Shown piece after piece: positions 48,228 through 58,403 of a DNA stretch of 64,000 nucleotides. Position 1 is the stretch's first letter; each line of letters starts with the position of its first letter. A model generated the notes under the pieces. It did not search any database. It saw nothing but the letters and a program-made list of their open reading frames with translations, and was not told the DNA's origin. The DNA is from Minisyncoccota bacterium (GTDB taxonomy: Bacteria > Patescibacteriota > Minisyncoccia > Phycocordibacterales > UBA9973). Made by a program: the position numbers and the translations under genes. The stretch is from positions 4-64,003 of the forward strand of contig JBAZXM010000002.1 in the NCBI GenBank assembly GCA_041659845.1. The letters are read 5' to 3'.

Positions 48228-49640
48228 ATGACAGAGCGAACTTATATTAAAGATTTATCTGCTAAAAAAGACGAGGAAGTCTCTATTTCCGGCTGGGTCA
48301 ATGTCCGTCGTGATCAGGGGAAATTGATTTTTCTTGATTTTCGAGATATGTCGGGCCTAGTGCAGGGTGTCGTTTTGCCGAATCATACGGAAGCGATGGA
48401 AGTAGCAAAGACTCTCCGCACAGAGTGGGTGGTGGAAGTGGAAGGTATCGTTAATGCTCGCCCAGAGAAAAATGTGCAGGCTGATAGGCAGAACGGCACC
48501 ATTGAGCTTGAGATTACATCTATTAAAGTATTAAACGAAGCTGAAACTCCGGTTTTTGATATTACTACTGATACTCGCGAAGTCGGTGAAGAAGTGCGAT
48601 TAAAATATCGTTACCTTGATCTTCGAAGCGAACGCATGCAGAAGAATCTCCGCATGCGTCATAAGATGATCAAGCTCATTCGTGATTTCTTAGACAAAGA
48701 AAATTTCATTGAAGTTGAAACTCCGATTCTTACCAAATCTACTCCTGAAGGCGCACGCGACTATGTCGTGCCCTCACGTCTCTATAAAGGTAAATTCTAT
48801 GCGCTTCCGCAGTCTCCTCAGCAATACAAACAGCTATTGATGGCTTCCGGCGCAGAGCGATACTTCCAAGTAGCACGCTGTATGCGTGATGAAGATACTC
48901 GTGGCGATCGCCAGCCGGAATTTACTCAGATTGATATGGAAATGAGTTTTGTGAAGCAAGAAGACGTCATGGCGGTGAATGAAAAGCTTTTGATTGATAT
49001 AGTGCAGACGCTCTATCCTGAAAAAAAGATTCAACAAATTCCATTCCCAAGAATCACATATAAAGACGCGATGGAAAAATACGGCAATGACCGCCCGGAT
49101 ATCCGCGAGGACAAGAATGATCCGAATCTGCTCGCATTCTGCTGGGTAATCGCTTTCCCATTCTTTGAAAGGACTGATACGTCGGACAATCCTGATACTC
49201 ACGGCGAATGGACATTCACTCACAATCCTTTTTCCGCACCGAAAGAAGAGCATATGGAATGGCTCATGAATAAGGAAAATCTCGGAGAAATTTTAACCAC
49301 GCAATACGATATTGCTCTCAATGGTTATGAAATAGGCGGGGGAAGTATTCGTAATCACCGTCCTGAAGCGCTTAAAAAAGTTTTTGAAATCATCGGGCAT
49401 AAGGAAGAAGATATTGAAAAGAATTTCGGCCACATGCTTCACGCGCTCGCTTCGGGTACGCCTCCTCACGGAGGAATCGCTTGGGGTTTTGATCGTTTGC
49501 TTATGTTACTACAAGGCGAGCCGAATATCCGTGAGGTGATCCCATTCCCGAAGACTGGCGAAGGCAAGGATCTGATGATGGAATCTCCATCTGAAATTTC
49601 CGAAGCGCAGATGAAAGAGCTTGGTATTAAGATTATTTAA
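48228..49640 (+). CDS. aspS: Aspartate--tRNA ligase, bacterial type lacking the GAD insertion
   Basis: RLKYRYLDLR, TPEGARDY, ALPQSPQQYKQLLM, RDED.R.DRQPEFTQ, PPHGGIAWGFDR; 470 aa. Confidence 0.96.
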   Translation: MTERTYIKDLSAKKDEEVSISGWVNVRRDQGKLIFLDFRDMSGLVQGVVLPNHTEAMEVAKTLRTEWVVEVEGIVNARPEKNVQADRQNGTIELEITSIKVLNEAETPVFDITTDTREVGEEVRLKYRYLDLRSERMQKNLRMRHKMIKLIRDFLDKENFIEVETPILTKSTPEGARDYVVPSRLYKGKFYALPQSPQQYKQLLMASGAERYFQVARCMRDEDTRGDRQPEFTQIDMEMSFVKQEDVMAVNEKLLIDIVQTLYPEKKIQQIPFPRITYKDAMEKYGNDRPDIREDKNDPNLLAFCWVIAFPFFERTDTSDNPDTHGEWTFTHNPFSAPKEEHMEWLMNKENLGEILTTQYDIALNGYEIGGGSIRNHRPEALKKVFEIIGHKEEDIEKNFGHMLHALASGTPPHGGIAWGFDRLLMLLQGEPNIREVIPFPKTGEGKDLMMESPSEISEAQMKELGIKII

Positions 49641-49650
49641 TAAGAAAGAT

Positions 49651-49678
49651 AAAAACTCCGAAATTGTTCGGAGTTTTT
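49651..49678. terminator. Bidirectional terminator
   Basis: AAAAACTCCGAA-attg-TTCGGAGTTTTT. Confidence 0.85.
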
Positions 49679-49681
49679 GTT

Positions 49682-49807
49682 TTATAAATATTCTATAAAT
49701 ATTAAACAAACCACTGTTAAAATAATAATGGCTCCAGCGAATATGATTTTGTTTCTCAAATTTTCGTCAGATTTTATCTTCTCAACTTTCCTATCTATCC
49801 ATTTCAT
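49682..49807 (-). CDS. 41-aa single-TM small protein (not in the ORF track)
   Basis: MKWIDRKVEKIKSDENLRNKIIFAGAIIILTVVCLIFIEYL*; minus-strand TTTACC-N17-TATTAT promoter with TG; ends at the bidirectional terminator. Confidence 0.5.
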   Translation of the reverse strand: MKWIDRKVEKIKSDENLRNKIIFAGAIIILTVVCLIFIEYL

Positions 49808-49927
49808 GACACTTGTTTTTTTATTTAAGCTCTAGTGTTAAGAACACTGTCAGCTAATATAATACCACGCATTCTAAAAGAGGTAAATTCATATTTTTCC
49901 AACAATACGTTAGAATATGAGTAATAA

Positions 49928-50695
49928 ATGGAATCAATCGAAACAATAGAATACAAAGTCAAAACCTCAGTTTTTGAAGGGCCGTTGGAACTTCTGCTTG
50001 ATTTGATTGAGAGGAGAAAGCTTTTCGTGAATGATGTTTCGCTCGCACAGGTAACAGAGGATTACATCAATCACATAAAAACAATGAATGATGGCGCAAA
50101 TATGAGCGACATCACTAGCTTCATCGTTGTCGCAGCTACGCTTATTTTAATCAAATCCAAGTCACTCCTGCCAAATATTAATCTGACTGAAGATGAGGAG
50201 AGTCAAATCACAAATTTAGAAGATCGTTTGCGCTTGTATCAGATTATCCGCGATGCGACTGTCGGTATTAAAGAGCGTTTTGGTAAACAAATTATTTTTG
50301 AAGGTGGTGCGCTTGTAAACAACCAGCCGATATGGAGCCCGGATTCCGCTATAACTACGCCTCGTATGCATCAGGCAATTAACGATGTTTTAAATTCAAT
50401 TCCGAAAAAGGAATTTTTACCGAAGGTGAATATGAAAAAGGTGGTGAGTATCGAAGAGATGATAGATAGCCTCACAGCACGCATCCAAGCTGGCATAAAG
50501 ATGAGCTTTAAAGAATTCTCTCGCTCTAAAGATGCAGAGACTATAAAAGAGCAAAAAGTCTATGTAATTGTCGGTTTTCTTGCTATGCTGGAGCTTATCA
50601 GAGAAGGGATTTTAGAAGCAGTGCAGAATGACAATTTTTCAGATATTGAAATTGAGAAGAGGGTAATTGACGAAACGCTACCAGAAGCAGAATGA
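49928..50695 (+). CDS. scpA: Segregation/condensation protein A
   Basis: FEGPLELLLDLI, AATLILIKSKSLLP, FLAMLELI...Q...FSDI. Confidence 0.95.
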   Translation: MESIETIEYKVKTSVFEGPLELLLDLIERRKLFVNDVSLAQVTEDYINHIKTMNDGANMSDITSFIVVAATLILIKSKSLLPNINLTEDEESQITNLEDRLRLYQIIRDATVGIKERFGKQIIFEGGALVNNQPIWSPDSAITTPRMHQAINDVLNSIPKKEFLPKVNMKKVVSIEEMIDSLTARIQAGIKMSFKEFSRSKDAETIKEQKVYVIVGFLAMLELIREGILEAVQNDNFSDIEIEKRVIDETLPEAE

Positions 50696-50779
50696 TGTAA
50701 TTTCTCGAGGTCCTCGGGTCGCCCGCGCGGTTTTTTTGAGAAGTGCGGGCTCGACCAGACCGTCTCGAAATCACATCAT
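50692..50779. other. GC-rich long imperfect hairpin in the scpA-scpB spacer
   Basis: Outer arms ATGATGTAATTTC/GAAATCACATCAT, middle GGTC/GACC, inner GCCCGCGC/GTGCGGGC. Confidence 0.65.
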
Positions 50780-50805
50780 CCTGCTTCTGGGTAATCAAAT
50801 TTTTT

Positions 50806-51357
50806 ATGAACTTAGACGCAAAAATTGAAGGACTTTTATTTTTTAAAGGTGAACCGATTTCTCGAAAAGAGCTCGGCAAGCTTTTGAAAGCGAACATGAG
50901 CGAAATAAACGACGCTCTCGCTTTGCTTACCGAAAAATTAAATGACCGCGGCCTCACGCTTGTGTTTAAAGAAGACGACGTCATACTCGGCACTAATTCG
51001 GAACTTTCTACATTGATTGAAGACCTTCGAAAAGAAGAAATTAACAAAGAGCTTTCAAAGGCAAGCTTGGAAACGATTGCGATAATACTATATAAAGAGT
51101 TTGTGACCAGAAGCGAGATTGACTACATTCGCGGAGTAAATTCCAGCTTCATTTTGCGTAATCTTTTGATTCGCGGATTAATTGAAAAAGTTAACCATCC
51201 GGAAGATAATCGTAAATTCGCGTACAAGCCAAGCTTTGAACTTTTACAATTCATGGGCGTTTCTAAGATTGAAGATTTGCCTGATTTTGAATCAATCAAG
51301 CAAACGCTTGCGAAAAATATCTCTGAACAATCAGAGGGCGATGAGGAAATAAAATAA
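50806..51357 (+). CDS. scpB: Segregation/condensation protein B
   Basis: IEGLLF...EP, LSKASLETIAIILY, TRSEIDYIRGVNS. Start MNLDAK at 50806. Confidence 0.95.
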   Translation: MNLDAKIEGLLFFKGEPISRKELGKLLKANMSEINDALALLTEKLNDRGLTLVFKEDDVILGTNSELSTLIEDLRKEEINKELSKASLETIAIILYKEFVTRSEIDYIRGVNSSFILRNLLIRGLIEKVNHPEDNRKFAYKPSFELLQFMGVSKIEDLPDFESIKQTLAKNISEQSEGDEEIK

Positions 51358-51358
51358 T

Positions 51359-52363
51359 ATGGCACGAAAACAAAAGCTCGATGTTAATAAGCTCGTTTTC
51401 TCTTACGCGAAGAATGTGAAAAAAACTTTGCGTGCAGATACGAAAAAGTGGAAGACTCTCCGCGGGGATCTTCTATTTATACTTATTTTATCTGTAACAC
51501 TCTCTGCTTTTTATTTTATCCAGGCTCATTTGGTATTGGCTAAAGAGCGTGCTCTTGTCGTAGAACAGATTAAAGAAGCGTCACAGCGCGCAGCTTTTTT
51601 CAAAGATATGAATCTACAGGCAAAGGCTGTGTATGTGTTTGATATTACAGAACAAAAAGAAATTTTTATGTTACGAGCGGATGATCCGCTTCCACTCGCA
51701 TCTATTACGAAGGTCATGACTGCTCTTATTGCTCTCGATACTGCAGGCAGGGATGCAATGGTAACTATCTCAGATGCATCACTCAAAGCAGAAGGTAATA
51801 GCGGGCTTTTAATTAATGAAAAATGGAAACTTGCCAATCTGCTCAAGCTCACACTCGTTTCTTCATCAAATGATGGCGCAGAAGCGGTTGCGCAATCTGT
51901 GCAAGTAGAAAATAGAAATTTTACATATATTATGAACAAAAAAGCTCGCGAGCTCGGTCTTTCTCAGACTCATTTTGAAAATTCGACTGGGCTTGATCTC
52001 GACCAAGCGTACGCAGGCGCTCATGGTTCCGCTCGTGATATGGCGTACCTGCTCGCATATAGTTACCAGAAGTATCCTGATATTTTCAGAGTTACCGCAT
52101 CTTCTGCTATAACAGTCGCTTCGGCTTACAATTTCAACCACACAGTGAAAAATACAAATACTTTTACTTCAGATATTAGGAATCTGCGCGCATCAAAGAC
52201 CGGCTTCACGGATCTTGCCGGGGGGAATCTAGTAATTATCACTGAGCCATCTCCTGGGCATTTGGTCGCAATTGCGGTGCTTGGTTCTACTTATGATGGC
52301 AGATTTCAGGATATTAAAATTCTTGCGGAAAGAGCTGAAAAGTATATACTACGCTTATTATGA
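51359..52363 (+). CDS. D-Ala-D-Ala carboxypeptidase (peptidase S11)
   Basis: ASITK (SxxK), SSN, KTG motifs; N-terminal TM. Confidence 0.93.
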   Translation: MARKQKLDVNKLVFSYAKNVKKTLRADTKKWKTLRGDLLFILILSVTLSAFYFIQAHLVLAKERALVVEQIKEASQRAAFFKDMNLQAKAVYVFDITEQKEIFMLRADDPLPLASITKVMTALIALDTAGRDAMVTISDASLKAEGNSGLLINEKWKLANLLKLTLVSSSNDGAEAVAQSVQVENRNFTYIMNKKARELGLSQTHFENSTGLDLDQAYAGAHGSARDMAYLLAYSYQKYPDIFRVTASSAITVASAYNFNHTVKNTNTFTSDIRNLRASKTGFTDLAGGNLVIITEPSPGHLVAIAVLGSTYDGRFQDIKILAERAEKYILRLL

Positions 52364-53421
52364 CCATAGATGTCGTCAAAGTTTTTCTCCCCGCCATTCT
52401 CGCATTCTTCATCGGTATTGGCATCACGCCGATTCTTTCGCATTACTTTTTTAAATATAAACTTTGGAAAAAATCTTCTCGCAGTACGAACAATATAGAT
52501 GTTATCTCTGAAGATTTTAAAAAAATTCACAACGAAGAAGGGGAGCTTGGTACTCCGCGCGTAGGCGGTATGCTTATCTGGCTCTCAGCGCTTCTTACAA
52601 TTTCCGCACTTTTTATACTTTTTGTTTTATTTCCGAATTCAATCACAGGTAAGCTTGAATTTGTAAGCCGCAACCAGACACTCATTCCTATCGTGGCATT
52701 TATTCTAGCCGCATTGATAGGCCTTGTGGATGATTTACTGCAAGTTTCAGGGCGCGGTGTATATGCGCGCGATGGTGAAGTTTTTCGTTGGATTAAAATC
52801 GGTACTTTGATTGTAATCGGTTTATTTGTTTCTTTTTGGTTTTATTTCAAGCTTGATATGCATTCCATCCATATTCCATTCGGTGGGGAATTAAATTTAG
52901 GGATCTTATTTATTCCATTTTTCATTCTCGTTATGCTTGCAGTATTTTCTTCAAGCGTTATTGACGGCATAGATGGCCTCTCTGGCGGTGTTCTCGCACC
53001 TATTTTCCTCGCATATGCAGGCATCGCATTTTCTAATAATCAGATAGACCTCGCGGCATTCAGCGCAGTGATTGCCGGGGCAACCTTGGCATTCCTTTGG
53101 TTCAATATCCCGCCTGCGCGCTTCTACATGGGGGAGACGGGGATGCTTTCGCTTACTGTGGTACTCGCAGTGATAGCTTTTATGACGAATTCAGTGCTTA
53201 TATTACCGATAGTTGCTATGCCACTTGTACTTACATCTCTTTCAGTTATCCTTCAAATGCTTTCGCGTAAATTCCGCAACAACAAACGCATTTTCAAAAT
53301 CGCGCCACTTCACCACCACTTTGAAGCTATCGGCTGGCCGAAATACAAAGTTACAATGCGCTTTTGGGTTCTCTCAATAGTCTTCGCTCTTGTTGGTATG
53401 GTTCTCTATCTCATCAGTTAG
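52360..53421 (+). CDS. mraY: Phospho-N-acetylmuramoyl-pentapeptide transferase
   Basis: GTPRVGG, GLVDD, DGIDGL, WFNIPPARFYMGETG, APLHHHFE. Confidence 0.95.
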   Translation: MTIDVVKVFLPAILAFFIGIGITPILSHYFFKYKLWKKSSRSTNNIDVISEDFKKIHNEEGELGTPRVGGMLIWLSALLTISALFILFVLFPNSITGKLEFVSRNQTLIPIVAFILAALIGLVDDLLQVSGRGVYARDGEVFRWIKIGTLIVIGLFVSFWFYFKLDMHSIHIPFGGELNLGILFIPFFILVMLAVFSSSVIDGIDGLSGGVLAPIFLAYAGIAFSNNQIDLAAFSAVIAGATLAFLWFNIPPARFYMGETGMLSLTVVLAVIAFMTNSVLILPIVAMPLVLTSLSVILQMLSRKFRNNKRIFKIAPLHHHFEAIGWPKYKVTMRFWVLSIVFALVGMVLYLIS

Positions 53422-53435
53422 TATATACTGACTAT

Positions 53436-55106
53436 ATGCATTCAAAGAAAATATTTAAAGGTTTACTTACCGCTATTTTTCTGTTTGTTATTTTTCCTAC
53501 TACTATACACGCACTACCATTTCTGCAAGGCAAGGTAGTTGATTATGATGCAACTAATGTAATTGTCTCGTATTCAGATATGAAGACTGAAAAGACTTAT
53601 CATTGCCCTTTTACGACCCTTGTATGCGAGAAGGTGGGCGAGCGTGAAATTCCTCCTCCTAGTATTGAAAAGGTGGCAACTCCCACACCACCCACAGCTA
53701 CTACAATAACTCCAAAGCCATCAATCGGCATACTCCAAGCCTATTCATCGAGTGGACGCTACACAGCAGCTTATAGCGGTATTCACCCTACGAAAAAGAC
53801 TCGATCGTTTAAATTATTAGATACTTCAACAAATACTTCGTATGACTTTGGTAAATCAACATCTAAAAGCACTTGGGATCTAATGCGAGAAGGAAATCGT
53901 CTTATTTCATTTGCGCCGAGTGAAAAGTTTTTTGTTTATATGGATGATCGTTCCGGCTTCCAGACTTTGTATAAAGTTAGTTTGCCAATTCAAGATAAAG
54001 TTACAGAAACACAGCTAATCAGTAAAAAGTATACAGTTACTGATTTCATAGTCTGGGATGACAATACTATTTTCTTTACCGCGAACAGAGAAGCGCCTTA
54101 TGAATGGAATCTTTATAAATATGATATTGAAAAAGAGACTGTAAAAAAGGTTATTGGAAATGTTTCCTACGGACCTTCGCTTCTCCGCGTACACGACATG
54201 CTCATGTTTAGTGTTATTCATAGTACACAGGCGGATCCAACTTTCTATGATCCAGCGACAAATAAAATCCGTGAGCTTTCTCTCGTCCAAGCATCTAATG
54301 CTCCGATAAATCAAAAGGCGGTAAAAATCGGATCAGTTTCCGGAGTGTTGATGCCCTCAGGTGTTGCGAAATCGCACCCTTTAATCATCTGGCTCCATGG
54401 CGGACCGTACAGGCAGACGAGCCTAGGCTATCATTCTTTTGTAAACTACAACCGTTTTGAATATATTTTACAAGAAGCGCAGAGTGCCGGCGCGAGCGTG
54501 CTCAAGCTTGATTACAGCGGAAGCTTCGGCTATGGCAGAGCATTTTCTGAAAATTTATATAAAAACGTCGGCATGAGCGATGTCTCCGGTGTGAAAAATG
54601 CGATTGATTATATGAAGAAGCCTGCCCGACCAGATAATCCTTTGGGCGGGAAAGAAAAGATTAATAAAGTTTATGTAATGGGCAATAGTTATGGCGGGTA
54701 CCTGGCTATGCGCTCGCTCGTTGCGTACCCGGGAACTATTAATGGCGCAATAACTATCAGTGGCGTCTCTGATTGGAAAAAACTTCTTGATGACCTTCAG
54801 ACTTCAATTTTCAATGCATTGTTCGATGGCCGTCCTTTGAAGAAAAATCCTACTATCTACAACAATGCATCAATAGTCAATCGCCTCAGCCGTCTTAAAG
54901 GCCAGAAGATCATGATAGTTCACGGCGTAGAAGACAAAACAATCCCACTCGAGCAATCAGCCCTGCTCTACGAAGCAACTAAAAACTCCACCCTAATCAC
55001 ATACCCCCTCGAAGACCATGTTTTCGTACAAGAATCGACCATTCTCGATTTGTGTAAGAAAACGATTGAGTTTGTTGGATTATCTGTAGGTGGTAGGTGC
55101 AAATAG
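53436..55106 (+). CDS. Secreted S9 (prolyl oligopeptidase-type) serine peptidase
   Basis: Signal peptide; WLHGGP, GNSYGG, HGVEDKTI, EDH catalytic-triad motifs. ATG 53436 preferred as start. Confidence 0.88.
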   Translation: MHSKKIFKGLLTAIFLFVIFPTTIHALPFLQGKVVDYDATNVIVSYSDMKTEKTYHCPFTTLVCEKVGEREIPPPSIEKVATPTPPTATTITPKPSIGILQAYSSSGRYTAAYSGIHPTKKTRSFKLLDTSTNTSYDFGKSTSKSTWDLMREGNRLISFAPSEKFFVYMDDRSGFQTLYKVSLPIQDKVTETQLISKKYTVTDFIVWDDNTIFFTANREAPYEWNLYKYDIEKETVKKVIGNVSYGPSLLRVHDMLMFSVIHSTQADPTFYDPATNKIRELSLVQASNAPINQKAVKIGSVSGVLMPSGVAKSHPLIIWLHGGPYRQTSLGYHSFVNYNRFEYILQEAQSAGASVLKLDYSGSFGYGRAFSENLYKNVGMSDVSGVKNAIDYMKKPARPDNPLGGKEKINKVYVMGNSYGGYLAMRSLVAYPGTINGAITISGVSDWKKLLDDLQTSIFNALFDGRPLKKNPTIYNNASIVNRLSRLKGQKIMIVHGVEDKTIPLEQSALLYEATKNSTLITYPLEDHVFVQESTILDLCKKTIEFVGLSVGGRCK

Positions 55107-55144
55107 GGTTTGGAAAAAGCCTGAAAATATGAGAGAATTCGAGA

Positions 55145-57865
55145 ATGATAAGCCTAAATGAAATTAGAAATCGTTCAGTTACTTTTGCTCATGAGTGGGA
55201 GCGCGAAGTTAATGAAGACGCAGAAGCTAAGAGTTTTTGGGATGATTTTTTTAATGTTTTTGGGATGTCTAGACGCCGTGTTGCTTCTTTTGAATATCAA
55301 GTAAAGAAACAAGATGGTTCACAGGGTTATATTGATGTTTTATGGAAGGGTGTAATGCTTGCGGAGCACAAATCTCGTGGCAAAAGTCTAGACAAAGCAT
55401 ATTCTCAGGCTAAAGGGTATTTTCCAGGATTAAAAGATGAAGAATTACCTAGATATATAGTTGTCTCTGATTTCGAAAAAATTCGTCTATACGATTCAGA
55501 AAAAGACACCCAAGAAGAGTTTTTACTCAAAGATCTGCATAAGCACATAGATCTTTTTAATTTTATTTCTGGATATACATCTGTAAATTATGAAAAAGAA
55601 GAAGAAGCAAGTATTAAAGCAGCACAACTCATGGCTGATTTTCATAATGAAATTGCAAAAACAGGATACAGTGGCCATGATCTAGAAGTTTTCCTTATTC
55701 GTATTTTATTTTGTTTATTTGCTGATGACACAGGAATTTTTCCTAAAAATCATTTTCGTACTTACATAGAAAAAAGAATAAACCAAGATGGTTCTGATCT
55801 TGGCATAAAACTTTTAGAAATTTTTCATGTTCTTAATACCCCCAGAGAAAAAAGGCAAACAAACTTAGATGAACAACTAATGGCATTTGATTATATTGAT
55901 GGAGGTGTTTTTAAAGAACAAATTGCATCTATATCACTTGACGCTACTGCGTATTTAAAATTATTAAAATGCTGCAGTTTTAACTGGTCTCAAATATCAG
56001 TATCTATTTTCGGATCCTTGTTTCAGGGAGTAATGGAGGAAAAAGAAAGAAGACAGTTAGGAGCACACTATACTTCTGAGAAAAATATTATTAAAGTTAT
56101 TCAACCACTTTTTCTTGATGAACTATATGTTGAATTTGACAGAGTTAAATACGACAAGAAAAAACTCGATATATTTCATGAAAAATTATCAAAATTGAAC
56201 TTTTTAGATCCAGCTTGTGGGTGTGGAAATTTCTTAGTTATTGCTTACAGAGAACTTCGCAAGCTTGAAATTGAAATCTTACTTAAAAAAAGAACAAAAA
56301 AAGATGCAAGTATGAGAATGTTTGGAGCTGAAGAACTTTCTATCATAAATGTAAATCAATTTTATGGGATTGAAATAGAAGAATTTCCTGTTCTTGTTGC
56401 ACGTGTAGCGATGTACTTAGTTGACCATCAGATGAATCAATTACTTTCAGAAAAATTTGGGGTTATTTACGCGCGTATTCCACTTCGTGAACCAGCTACC
56501 ATTGTACACGCTGATGCTCTCACTACTGACTGGGAAAGTGTTGTCCCAAAAAATGATCTATCTTATATCCTAGGTAATCCACCATTTGTGGGTGCTCGTC
56601 TCATGGGAAAGGAACAGAAAAAAAATTTTTTGAGGATTTTTGATAATATGAAGGGTGCCGGAAATCTTGATTTTGTAACAGCATGGTATGAAAAAGCATC
56701 AAGATATATGGAAAATACACATATTAAAACTGCCTTTGTTTCTACTAATAGCATTTGCCAAGGTGAGCAAGTTGCTATTTTATGGAAAAGATTAAAAGAA
56801 AAATATCATGTAAGTATTCATTTTGCGCACCAAACATTTAAGTGGAGTAATGATGCTCCAGGAGTGGCTGCAGTTTATTGTATTATTGTCGGGTTTGCCC
56901 ACGAAGATTCTTTAAAAAATTATTTATATGAATACGAAACAGTAAGAAGTGAACCTAAAGAAAAGCAAGTCGCACATATTAATGGTTATTTAGTAGCAGG
57001 GGATGACATATTTATTGAAAATAGAACTGAGTCAATTTCCAATGCACCAAAAATTAATTATGGAAGTTTTGCTCTAGATGATGGAAATTATACTCTATCA
57101 GAATCAGATAAAGATGAAATAATTGAGTCTAGTTCTTTAGCAGAAAAATATATACGGCCATTTATTGGTGGAAGAGAATTGCTTCATAACGAGAAAAGAT
57201 ATTGTTTATGGTTAAAAGGTGCTGACCCAACGGAATTAAAAAAAATTCCGAAAATAATCGAGCGAATAGAAAAAGTAAAGATATGGAGGCAGAATAGTGA
57301 AAGAAAAAATACAGTTGAATTAGCAAGAACTCCAACTCTTTTTGCTGAGATAAGACAGCCTGAAACTTCTTATATTGCTTTTCCCACAGTTTCATCAGAA
57401 AATAGAGACTATATTCCTATTGCCTACTTAGATAAAAATATAATTGCCTCAAATCAAGTTTATGTCATTCCTAACGCTACCCTTTTTGATTTTGGTATTT
57501 TAGAATCAGTAATGCATATGACATGGGTATTCTATGTTTGTGGTAAATTAGAAAGTCGTTTTCGATATTCTAGTAAATTAGTTTATAATAACTTTCCTTG
57601 GCCAGAAAGAATTTCTGATGAGCAAAATAAGAAAGTTGAAGTTTGTGCACAAGGAGTTCTTGATGCACGCCTAAAGTTTACTCATAGCTCACTCGCTGAT
57701 TTATATGATCCTAATACAATGCCTCCTGAGCTTGTAAAAGCACACGAAAACCTTGACATAGCAGTAGATGCTTGTTATGGAAAGAAATTTAAAAACAAAG
57801 AAGAAAGAATTGAGTTTTTGTTTGAGTTGTATAAGAGGTATACTAAAACGACATGGCAAGAGTAA
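55145..57865 (+). CDS. MmeI-family type IIL restriction-modification enzyme (fused nuclease, N6-adenine methyltransferase and target recognition domain)
   Basis: FWDDFFNVFG, YIDVLWKGVMLAEHKS (PD-ExK), GAHYTS, DPACGCGNF, GNPPF, LADLYDP..MP..L..AH..LD.AVD. Confidence 0.92.
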   Translation: MISLNEIRNRSVTFAHEWEREVNEDAEAKSFWDDFFNVFGMSRRRVASFEYQVKKQDGSQGYIDVLWKGVMLAEHKSRGKSLDKAYSQAKGYFPGLKDEELPRYIVVSDFEKIRLYDSEKDTQEEFLLKDLHKHIDLFNFISGYTSVNYEKEEEASIKAAQLMADFHNEIAKTGYSGHDLEVFLIRILFCLFADDTGIFPKNHFRTYIEKRINQDGSDLGIKLLEIFHVLNTPREKRQTNLDEQLMAFDYIDGGVFKEQIASISLDATAYLKLLKCCSFNWSQISVSIFGSLFQGVMEEKERRQLGAHYTSEKNIIKVIQPLFLDELYVEFDRVKYDKKKLDIFHEKLSKLNFLDPACGCGNFLVIAYRELRKLEIEILLKKRTKKDASMRMFGAEELSIINVNQFYGIEIEEFPVLVARVAMYLVDHQMNQLLSEKFGVIYARIPLREPATIVHADALTTDWESVVPKNDLSYILGNPPFVGARLMGKEQKKNFLRIFDNMKGAGNLDFVTAWYEKASRYMENTHIKTAFVSTNSICQGEQVAILWKRLKEKYHVSIHFAHQTFKWSNDAPGVAAVYCIIVGFAHEDSLKNYLYEYETVRSEPKEKQVAHINGYLVAGDDIFIENRTESISNAPKINYGSFALDDGNYTLSESDKDEIIESSSLAEKYIRPFIGGRELLHNEKRYCLWLKGADPTELKKIPKIIERIEKVKIWRQNSERKNTVELARTPTLFAEIRQPETSYIAFPTVSSENRDYIPIAYLDKNIIASNQVYVIPNATLFDFGILESVMHMTWVFYVCGKLESRFRYSSKLVYNNFPWPERISDEQNKKVEVCAQGVLDARLKFTHSSLADLYDPNTMPPELVKAHENLDIAVDACYGKKFKNKEERIEFLFELYKRYTKTTWQE

Positions 57866-58071
57866 ATTTTGATTCAATTTTTATAATACATCCAGATGGA
57901 AGTCTTGAACCACGACAGCGTGTTCGTGTTGGCGGTGTTGAATTTGGACCAGGGGTAAGATTCCAAAATACTAGCTTTGGTGGTATTAATTTTCACGATC
58001 CACAATTTTTTAATAAAGACTTAGAAATTAAAACAGACAATGATACAACAGCTATAACTGGAGTTTATTAA
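57853..58071 (+). CDS. Small hypothetical protein
   Basis: 72-aa ORF overlapping the R-M gene stop; Gly-rich, beta-strand-like composition. Confidence 0.55.
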   Translation: MARVNFDSIFIIHPDGSLEPRQRVRVGGVEFGPGVRFQNTSFGGINFHDPQFFNKDLEIKTDNDTTAITGVY

Positions 58072-58074
58072 ATC

Positions 58075-58374
58075 ATGATCAATGAAAAACCAAAATATAA
58101 AATATTTGATCCTGTTGCTGATATTGCTAGTAAGTTTGATTTTTATATAAAAATTGTAATAGGTGTACTTGTGGTTGGCTTTATTAGCATGCTTTTAATG
58201 GTTGGAGGAATAATTTTAGATGCATGGCATTTCAACTCTGCGACCTATAGAGAATATTCAAAAAAAACGGAGTCAGTTGAAACTATGCAAAAAATTAATC
58301 AAGAATTACTAGAGCAAAATAAAAGAAATCAAGAAATAATTATTGAATTACAAAAACGACTTTTAAATAAATAA
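58075..58374 (+). CDS. Small TM plus coiled-coil hypothetical protein
   Basis: One TM then a heptad-like tail; followed by a terminator. Confidence 0.55.
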   Translation: MINEKPKYKIFDPVADIASKFDFYIKIVIGVLVVGFISMLLMVGGIILDAWHFNSATYREYSKKTESVETMQKINQELLEQNKRNQEIIIELQKRLLNK

Positions 58375-58403
58375 AAATACCGCACTTAGTGCGGTATTTT
58401 TAT
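58371..58403. terminator. Bidirectional terminator
   Basis: ATAAAAATACCGCAC-tta-GTGCGGTATTTTTAT. Confidence 0.85.

Noticed and set aside
50743-50805. N-terminal extensions in the ORF track (scpB here; also mnmA 4685, grpE 17188, dnaK 17868, S9 peptidase 53364, MGMT 60442)
   Set aside because: The extensions cross hairpins, promoters or upstream genes, and family similarity begins at the downstream start codons.
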